Part shown: positions 35,603 to 41,981 of the stretch, piece by piece
Position numbering within the stretch: position 1 is the first letter of the stretch
How the letters are laid out: every line of letters starts with the position of its first letter
Source: Gemmatimonadaceae bacterium
GTDB lineage: Bacteria > Gemmatimonadota > Gemmatimonadetes > Gemmatimonadales > Gemmatimonadaceae
Assembly: GCA_039918615.1 (NCBI GenBank)
Contig: JBDSHG010000024.1
Coordinates: forward strand, 7,795 to 71,794
DNA length: 64,000 bases
Reading direction: 5' to 3'
The notes under the pieces: model-generated
What the model was told of the DNA's origin: nothing
The model's database searches: none
Seen by the model: the letters and a program-made list of their open reading frames with translations, nothing else
Position numbers and translations under genes: made by a program

Positions 35603-36291
35603 CGACGCGCGTAGGAGGCCAGCGTCTGCAGCGGATGGAAAGTCTGCAGCCCGTTCTTCATCCACAGCTCGCGGAAGGGTGTGAAGTCCACGTCCCAGTC
35701 CTCGACCAATCCCGTCATCGCCTGCGAGTGGATGGTGATGCCACCGCGCTCCTCTTCGTTCTCGGAGAACTGGCCGTTCATCATGATTGTGGATGTGTAC
35801 GCCCCATCCTCGTCGTTCATGAACGCCTGGTAGCGGTGATCGACGTTCGACCACTCGTGCTCCGTCACGCGCATGTCGACGATCGGCTCGCCGCGGTCCG
35901 TCGCGTGGATCGTGATGTGGCCATCGCCGCGCTCCCACGTCAGCGAGATGTCCTGCATGTAGTGTGGAAGGTGCCAGCGCTCGATCGCGTGCTCGCGCGA
36001 CTCGCGCGTCGTCGTCGCGAGGCGGAACGGATAGAAGGCCGAGCGCGGCATCGGGACGCCCGGCTCGACGCGCGGCGACACGAGGATCGAGAGAATCAGC
36101 TCGCCGTAGTCGCCTACCGGACTGTCGTGGAAGTCGAACGCCATCACCGAGAGCACGCTCGAGCCGTGGTGCGGCTCGATCGGCTGCAGCTCGGGAGGCA
36201 GGATCGCACGCGCGTTCTCCGTGGGGAACTCGAAGAAACCGCCGATCGCATCACGAAAGTGGTACTGCACCATGTCGTCAGTTTTGCTCAT
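35599..36291 (-). CDS. hypothetical protein, possibly acetoacetate-decarboxylase-like fold (weak)
   Basis: ATG 36291 overlaps the upstream stop (ATGA). The segment VMAFDFHDSPVGDYGELILSILV resembles the 'dY.dSpvGpY.E' motif I associate with ADC/DUF2071-type proteins. Nothing else recognised. Confidence 0.6.
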   Translation of the reverse strand: MSKTDDMVQYHFRDAIGGFFEFPTENARAILPPELQPIEPHHGSSVLSVMAFDFHDSPVGDYGELILSILVSPRVEPGVPMPRSAFYPFRLATTTRESREHAIERWHLPHYMQDISLTWERGDGHITIHATDRGEPIVDMRVTEHEWSNVDHRYQAFMNDEDGAYTSTIMMNGQFSENEEERGGITIHSQAMTGLVEDWDVDFTPFRELWMKNGLQTFHPLQTLASYARR

Positions 36292-37565
36292 ACAAGTATT
36301 CCCTCATCACGAAGTACGCGGGCGATGATGGTCACGCCCTCGTCGAGCTGTTCGATGGTGTGCGATGACGACACCGAGACGCGGAAGCGCGACCGGTGCT
36401 TGGCGACCGCGGGATAGATGATCGGCTGCAGGTAGATCCCCGCCGTGAGCAGCTTGTGGCCGAGCTCGAAGATGCGGCGGTCGTTGCGGACCATGATCGG
36501 AATGATCTGCGACGTGGAGTCGCCGACGTCGACGCCCTCTTCCTCCAGTCGTGCGCGCATGTGCGCGACATTCGACCACAGCTTGGTGCGCAGTTCCGGC
36601 TCGTTCGTCGCGAGCTCGAGCGATTTGAGTACGCCCGCCGCGACCACCGGCGAGAGTGCGCAGGAGAACACGCGTGATCGCGCGAACCCCTTCAGATAGT
36701 TGTACAGATTCTGCGACCCACCGACGTAGCCACCCTGTCCGCCGAGCGCCTTGGAGAAGGTGCCGATGTGGACGTCGACCTCATCCTCGAGGCCGAACTG
36801 CTCGGCCACGCCGCGCCCGTTCGCACCGTACACGAACGCCGAATGCGCTTCGTCGAGCAGGATCCGCGCGCCGTACTTCTTCGCGACGGCGACGAGCTCC
36901 GGCAGCGGGCACACGTCGCCGTCCATCGAGTAGACGCCTTCGATAGCGACGAGCTTCTTCCCCGTCGTCTGCTTGAGCTTCTTCTCGAGGTCCTCCGGAT
37001 TGTTGTGGCGGAAGAAGCGCACGTTCGCCTTCGAGAGAATCGCTCCGTCGACGATGCTCGCATGCGCGTTCTGGTCGGCGATGACCCAGTCGCCCGGCCG
37101 CATGAGCGCCGAGATCATCCCGACGTTCGTGCTGTAGCCGGTGGGGAACACCATCACCGCTTCCTTCTTCTTGAACTTCGCGAGCGCTTCCTCGAGCTGG
37201 CAGTGCACATCCATCGTGCCGCTCAAAATCGGAGAGCCAGCCGCGCCGAGTCCGTACTGGTCGAGCGCTTTCTTCCCCGCCTCGATCACTTCACGGCGAT
37301 AGGACAGGCCGAGATAGTTGTAGGAGGATAGATTGACGAGCTTGACGTGGTTGCGATGCAGCCCTTCGGTCAGGTCGACGGTGCCGCTCGGCGGCGTCGA
37401 CATGGCCTGCGCGAAGAGGTAGTACCCCTCCGGAACGGCCTGATTATACCACTCGTTGTAAGGCTCGAGAATCGAAAACGGGTCGTCGCTCGACGAGTAG
37501 AAAAAGCTGCTGTAATCGTAGTCCAGTGGATTCATGCTCGTCCGCGCTTCGACTCGTGTTGCCAT
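36288..37565 (-). CDS. alpha-oxoamine synthase, serine-palmitoyltransferase-like (PLP)
   Basis: Start ATG 37565 or 37535. VNLSSYNYLGLS, AAGSPILSGT, DEAHS, PLP-lysine motif GTFSKALGGQGGY, IIYPAV. Unusual roughly 60-aa N-terminal extension (NPLDYDYSSFFYSSSDDPF). Confidence 0.85.
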   Translation of the reverse strand: MATRVEARTSMNPLDYDYSSFFYSSSDDPFSILEPYNEWYNQAVPEGYYLFAQAMSTPPSGTVDLTEGLHRNHVKLVNLSSYNYLGLSYRREVIEAGKKALDQYGLGAAGSPILSGTMDVHCQLEEALAKFKKKEAVMVFPTGYSTNVGMISALMRPGDWVIADQNAHASIVDGAILSKANVRFFRHNNPEDLEKKLKQTTGKKLVAIEGVYSMDGDVCPLPELVAVAKKYGARILLDEAHSAFVYGANGRGVAEQFGLEDEVDVHIGTFSKALGGQGGYVGGSQNLYNYLKGFARSRVFSCALSPVVAAGVLKSLELATNEPELRTKLWSNVAHMRARLEEEGVDVGDSTSQIIPIMVRNDRRIFELGHKLLTAGIYLQPIIYPAVAKHRSRFRVSVSSSHTIEQLDEGVTIIARVLRDEGILV

Positions 37566-37578
37566 TGGTGACCTCCAC

Positions 37579-38451
37579 ATGAATGCCGACAGCTCATCGC
37601 CGTCCACCTCTCGCGCTCACAGCGCGACTCGCGTCACTGGACTCACGCGTACGCTGCGTAGCGGCATGTTTTTCGTCGTATACTCTATTTTCACACTTAC
37701 AATATTCGATCTCGGCCAGCGGCTCGTGATCTGGCCTGCGGTTCTACTATTTCCCGTCAAACGACGGGCCGTCGTACGCAGCTGGCTTCGCTTCCTCGCA
37801 AAGGGATCGCTCTGGATCTCCCGCGTCTTCGGCGGCGTTCGTGTGACAGTGCAAGGTACGGCCCCTACCGAGAGCTGCCTTCTGGTGATGAACCACCAGT
37901 CGCTGCTCGACATCACGATCTCGGTCAATGCGGCGGAAGGGCCGCAAGCGGTCATTCCAACGCGTGAAAGATACGGCCATGGCATCCCTGGCATATCCTC
38001 CCTGACAAAACTCGGCGGCTTCCCCCTGGTGACGCAACAGGCGAGGGCCACAAAGGCTGAGGTCGCTGCGTTGCTGCAGGCTGCGAAGGATCTCGAAAAC
38101 GGGGAAACGACGCTCATCATCTACCCCGAAGGACATCGAACGACCGACGGCAATATCCAGCCCTTCATGCGCAGCGGACTAAAGCTGTTGCTCTCTCGAG
38201 CGAACCGACCGATTTACTACATCGTCTCCGACGGTCTCTGGCACGCACGAACGATCAAGGAGACGGTGCACTCGTTCGCGAACAGCACGGTCGACGTGGT
38301 GATACGTGGTCCCTTTCCGCCACCCGCGAGGGAAGACATCGACAGCTTCATCGATGAGCTCCACGCGCGCATGACTGCTTCACTCGCCGAGATTCGCCAT
38401 CGCTCGCCGCCGCCGTTGCGTGAAGCGCAGGAGACGTCGAGCGTTGGTTGA
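37579..38451 (+). CDS. PlsC/LPLAT-family acyltransferase
   Basis: Start ATG 37579 (alternative 37666). TM segment MFFVVYSIFTLTIF, HX4D motif MNHQSLLD, and IIYPEGHRT motif. Confidence 0.8.
   Translation: MNADSSSPSTSRAHSATRVTGLTRTLRSGMFFVVYSIFTLTIFDLGQRLVIWPAVLLFPVKRRAVVRSWLRFLAKGSLWISRVFGGVRVTVQGTAPTESCLLVMNHQSLLDITISVNAAEGPQAVIPTRERYGHGIPGISSLTKLGGFPLVTQQARATKAEVAALLQAAKDLENGETTLIIYPEGHRTTDGNIQPFMRSGLKLLLSRANRPIYYIVSDGLWHARTIKETVHSFANSTVDVVIRGPFPPPAREDIDSFIDELHARMTASLAEIRHRSPPPLREAQETSSVG
37611..37627. promoter_or_regulatory. inverted repeat in the divergent control region of the lipid locus
   Basis: TCGCGCT-cac-AGCGCGA perfect 7-bp inverted repeat. A GCGTACGC palindrome lies about 20 nt downstream. 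It is only intergenic if the flanking genes use their internal ATGs (37535 and 37666). Confidence 0.25.
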
Positions 38452-39430
38452 TCCCGTGCTTCGTGCCGATCTCGCGGCGGGGCTCGACAACGTGCCCGGC
38501 CCCGATGCCACCATGCTTGCGGCGACGCTCGCCCGCTCGTTCGGCGAAGGGACCGTCGGGATCATCCACTACGGCTCTCACGCCCAGCACTCGGATGCGC
38601 GCCGCGAAAGTGCGTTCGACTTCTTCGTCATCGTCGATCGGTATCGCGCGGCATACGAATCGCTCGCCCAAACGATGGGCACCAGCTACTCGCCGCGCAC
38701 CGCGGCCACCCTCAATCGAATTCTGCCGCCAAATGTCATTGCGGTGACCGACAGCGCTCACGTGCCGCCGCTCGCCGCCAAGTGTGCCGTGCTGTCGCTG
38801 AGGGATCTGCGTCGCGAGTGCGGGTTGGCTGCTCGCGATCACTTCGTTCGAGGACGACTCTTTCAATACGTGCAGCTGGTCTGGACTCGCGACTCGAGCG
38901 CGCGAACCGCCGTGACCGACGCCATCATCGACGCCCGCGTCGGTTCGTTCGCGTGGGGACTCGCCTCGCTTCCGCCAACATTCGACGCGGAACAGTATTT
39001 CCGGGCGCTTCTCGAGCGGTCGTTCTCGGGAGAGATTCGCCCCGAGCGCGGTGGCCGGATCGACGCCCTGCTCGGTGCGCAACGCGAGATCGTGCTTCGC
39101 GTGTATGATGCTTTGCTTCAACAACTTGCACGTGAAAGAATACTCGCGAAAGCGGGGAATGTCTACAGTCTGACGAACCCCGTTCGCGCGCTGCGGTCGA
39201 TGGCCATCGACTGGTATTTTCGGCGGAGCAAGGCGCGCGCGACGACGCGGTGGGCGAAGTACGTCGTGCTCTACGATGACTGGCTGGACTACGTGGTGCG
39301 GAAGGTCGCGCGCAGAAGTGGCGTGACGATCGAGCTGACCGCGCGCGAACGTCGATGGCCGCTCATCTTTCTCTGGCCCAAAGCCATCCGGTATCTTCGT
39401 TCCCGTCCTCAACGCCGTTCCGATCAATAA
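38420..39430 (+). CDS. Tam41/Mmp37-like nucleotidyltransferase (putative CDP-lipid synthase)
   Basis: Start GTG 38420, TTG 38444 or GTG 38456. GIIHYGSHAQ...FDFFVIVD, AAKCAVLSLRDL...DHFVRGRLFQYVQLV, FDAEQYFRALLERSFSGEIRPERGG. These parallel my recollection of yeast Tam41 (GYGS...DiIFGV, VKYGVVS...FYLAGRLQKPV, FDEfQFY...SYaGDIR..lGGE). Confidence 0.6.
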   Translation: MKRRRRRALVDPVLRADLAAGLDNVPGPDATMLAATLARSFGEGTVGIIHYGSHAQHSDARRESAFDFFVIVDRYRAAYESLAQTMGTSYSPRTAATLNRILPPNVIAVTDSAHVPPLAAKCAVLSLRDLRRECGLAARDHFVRGRLFQYVQLVWTRDSSARTAVTDAIIDARVGSFAWGLASLPPTFDAEQYFRALLERSFSGEIRPERGGRIDALLGAQREIVLRVYDALLQQLARERILAKAGNVYSLTNPVRALRSMAIDWYFRRSKARATTRWAKYVVLYDDWLDYVVRKVARRSGVTIELTARERRWPLIFLWPKAIRYLRSRPQRRSDQ

Positions 39431-40212
39431 TGTCGACGACAACGTGGGTCGCGCTCGGCCTGATGGCGCTCGCGATCCTGACCATGCCCATCTACGCCGT
39501 GATGACGCGCAGCCGCGCGGTCGACGCGGACGTCGCGCGCAGACCGACGACGATCATTCTCGGCACGTGGGTGCGCGACTGGCTCATGTGGATGATCGGG
39601 CCGGTCGAGCGGAAGTTCGTCGAATGGAAATTGTCGCCGGATCTTTTCAACTACATCGGCGGCGCATTCGGATTGTTCGCCGGCATTGCGTACGCGCAGA
39701 ACGAGCTCGCCCTCGGTGGCTGGCTGATTCTCATCGGTGGGCTCGCCGACATCTTCGACGGGCGCATTGCTCGCGCGCGCGGGATCGGCTCGAACTACGG
39801 CGAGTTCCTGGACTCGATGCTGGATCGATTCGCCGAGATGTTCGCCTTCCTCGGGATCGCGCTCTACTTCGAGCCGACGTGGTGGGCGATGTCCGCGACG
39901 GTGCTCGCGAGCGGCGGCTCGATGATGGTGTCGTACGCGCGCGCGAAGGGCGAAGCGGTGGGCGTCGACTGCCGCGGCGGGATCATGCAGCGCGCCGAGC
40001 GGCTGGTCACGCTCGCGGTTGCATCGCTCATCGACACGCCAATCACGACGGCGCTGGGCTGGATTCCCGGAGTAATTCTGCTAAGTGCGGTGACGCTGAT
40101 CGGACTCGGATCGCTGGGCACGGCGGTATATCGGACGGTCTACATCTGCAGGGCGCTGCGGAAGATGGAGGTCGAGGCGGCGGCGAAGGTGGCGGCGAGT
40201 CCTGCGGTGTAG
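39430..40212 (+). CDS. CDP-alcohol phosphatidyltransferase family protein (headgroup unknown)
   Basis: ATG overlaps the previous TAA (TAATG). Signature D-G-x2-A-R-x8-G-x3-D-x3-D seen as ADIFDGRIARARGIGSNYGEFLDSMLDRFAE. Multi-TM. Confidence 0.85.
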   Translation: MSTTTWVALGLMALAILTMPIYAVMTRSRAVDADVARRPTTIILGTWVRDWLMWMIGPVERKFVEWKLSPDLFNYIGGAFGLFAGIAYAQNELALGGWLILIGGLADIFDGRIARARGIGSNYGEFLDSMLDRFAEMFAFLGIALYFEPTWWAMSATVLASGGSMMVSYARAKGEAVGVDCRGGIMQRAERLVTLAVASLIDTPITTALGWIPGVILLSAVTLIGLGSLGTAVYRTVYICRALRKMEVEAAAKVAASPAV

Positions 40213-40286
40213 GCACTCTGCAGGCCGCTCGAACAGCAAGGCAAGATGAGTAGGAAACGTGCATGGCAGATTTGCACGGATGCTCT

Positions 40287-40760
40287 CTACCGGCTGCGTG
40301 TCCGCGCTTTTTTCGGAGTTTTCCTCAGCGCCGTCGTCGAGCGCGGCCGCCCAGTTTTGACGGGCATTTTCAGGCGACCTTCCGACACGCGCGGAGCAGA
40401 CAATCGCTTTCCTCGCCCTGTCACGAGATCGTTCATACACGTCGGGTTCTGCTCCGCGATCTGAAGCAGCCGTTGCGGAGCGCCATCTGGATGGCGAGCG
40501 CCTTGCTCCCACGCCTTCACGAGCGCCGCGCTGACGTTGAGCATGTCGGCGAATACCGCCTGCGAGACCTTCATCGACTTGCGGACCCGCGCTACCCGAG
40601 CCGCATCGAACATCGGTGGTGGCGCGATCTCCACATCGCGAGCGGTTCGTCCGAGCACGGTCACCCTCGCTGGAGCGAGCTCGCCACGCGCCACCGCGAG
40701 AACTTGCTCCGCGCTCCTGATCGAGAGGCGCTCGAACTCCGACACCTTTTTGATGGCCAC
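40287..40760 (-). CDS. XRE-family HTH antitoxin (HigA-like)
   Basis: GTG 40760 overlaps the toxin-frame TAG by 1 nt. MKVSQAVFADMLNVSAALVKAWEQGARHPDGAPQRLLQI HTH. The basic low-complexity C-terminal tail may be read-through. Confidence 0.7.
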   Translation of the reverse strand: MAIKKVSEFERLSIRSAEQVLAVARGELAPARVTVLGRTARDVEIAPPPMFDAARVARVRKSMKVSQAVFADMLNVSAALVKAWEQGARHPDGAPQRLLQIAEQNPTCMNDLVTGRGKRLSAPRVSEGRLKMPVKTGRPRSTTALRKTPKKARTRSR

Positions 40761-41085
40761 TATTTTGTCTCCCTCTCGATATACTCCGCGATCGACCGCA
40801 GATATTTCCGACCAGCGAGACTGATGTCCGACGCCTCATTCTTTGCGTAGTAGAACATCAAATAGACTGTTGACGCTCGGGCGACGAAGTAATAGATCAG
40901 TCGTCGCCGCCCCTCTTTCCACGTCCAGTCGGTCGGATTCGAAGCTTGCGAAAATCGGTTCCGGTTACTCGATCCCCAGTTTCGGGATTGTCATGCAGAT
41001 CCCTCTGAAAGCGGCGAATGTCCTCGTCGGTAAGCGCTGCCGCCGAGTTGTCGAAATCAGGCATCGTCACAAAGGTCAGCCGCAT
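40760..41085 (-). pseudogene. HigB/RelE-like toxin, frameshifted
   Basis: Track ORF 40897..41085 gives MRLTFVTMPDFDNSAAALTDEDIRRFQRDLHDNPETGDRVTGTDFRKLRIRPTGRGKRGGDD*. Shifting one frame at about 40897-40903 continues LIYYFVARASTVYLMFYYAKNEASDISLAGRKYLRSIAEYIERETK*, the expected C-terminus. Total length 326 nt is not a multiple of 3. Confidence 0.65.
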
Positions 41086-41096
41086 ATCACAGTATC

Positions 41097-41107
41097 ATAC
41101 AGTGTAT
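41097..41107. promoter_or_regulatory. palindrome upstream of the toxin-antitoxin operon (candidate operator)
   Basis: ATACA-G-TGTAT perfect palindrome 12 nt upstream of toxin ATG 41085, inside an AT-rich stretch. Confidence 0.35.
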
Positions 41108-41272
41108 TATGCTACAACATAGTATAGTTCGTAGTGTTGAAGGTAGCAATTGCTCCGTGGTCAGCATCATCTTTGCGTCGCGAGCGAAAGGGCTCCCTGC
41201 GGGGAAGCGGGCGAAGACCAGCAACCGCTCTGGAAAAGCGACAAGAAACGGAGAACGGCGCGGTCACAAAAC

Positions 41273-41296
41273 GGAGAACTGCGAAGGGCGTTCTCC
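41273..41296 (+). other. hairpin (copy 2 of the recurring intergenic element)
   Basis: GGAGAAC-10 nt-GTTCTCC, preceded by CACAAAAC and followed by ATTGTTTGTC. Lies in a divergent gap, so it is not an obvious terminator. Confidence 0.3.
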
Positions 41297-41474
41297 ATTG
41301 TTTGTCGCCTCAATCCGCGCGATTCATCTCAATAGTCGTCAACGCTTGTGTTCCCGCGCGGCCCTGAGAGACGCGCGCGATGATCGACTACTCCTTTCGT
41401 GTAATTGCTCGCGGCGCGGCGATCGATACACTTGGGATGCGCCGCGTGAGCGCACATCTCAACGGGGGAGTCCG

Positions 41475-41978
41475 ATGAAGTTGTGGAGTAGTCGTGTCAC
41501 GATTGCGGCGACTGCGGCAATCTGCGTGCTGCCGCCGCCGGCGTCAGCGCAGGACAAGACCCCCGACGCGGCAGACATCTTACCCGGCAACGGTGTGTGG
41601 TATCTCGTCCCTACGATTCTGCCACAGGGCGCACGCGTCACTTTCGTGAGCGGGAATCCCTACCTGCCCGAGAAGTGCACCGTCGAATTCCGGATGCCCG
41701 ACAAATACGTGCTGCCGCCGCACACGCATCCACAGCGCGAGAGCGTTGTGCTCAAGAGCGGCACTCTGCGCGTGGGTCTCGGAAAAAAGATCGACCGCAA
41801 ACAGTCGGTGCTACTGGTGGCGGGGGACACGGCCTCGACGCCAGCCGGCGTGCCGCATTGGTCGATCGCCGAGGGCGAGGTTGATCTCCTCGTCACCTAC
41901 GAGACGGGACCGATGGGGATCGCGTACATGAACAGGCGCGACGAGCCGGGGAGCCATTCGTTCCCCAGCGGCTACTAG
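41475..41978 (+). CDS. secreted cupin-domain protein
   Basis: ATG 41475 inside ORF 41109..41978. Signal peptide MKLWSSRVTIAATAAICVLPPPASAQ. Cupin motifs PPHTHPQRESVVLKSG and GDTASTPAGVPHW. Confidence 0.65.
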   Translation: MKLWSSRVTIAATAAICVLPPPASAQDKTPDAADILPGNGVWYLVPTILPQGARVTFVSGNPYLPEKCTVEFRMPDKYVLPPHTHPQRESVVLKSGTLRVGLGKKIDRKQSVLLVAGDTASTPAGVPHWSIAEGEVDLLVTYETGPMGIAYMNRRDEPGSHSFPSGY

Positions 41979-41981
41979 CCG

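Noticed and set aside
41108-41474. A roughly 370-bp gap with track ORFs 41134..41367 and 41150..41335, considered as possible small genes or an sRNA.
   Set aside because: The ORFs are basic low-complexity sequences without motifs. I report only the hairpin element (41273-41296) and the operator-like palindrome. An sRNA cannot be supported from sequence alone.
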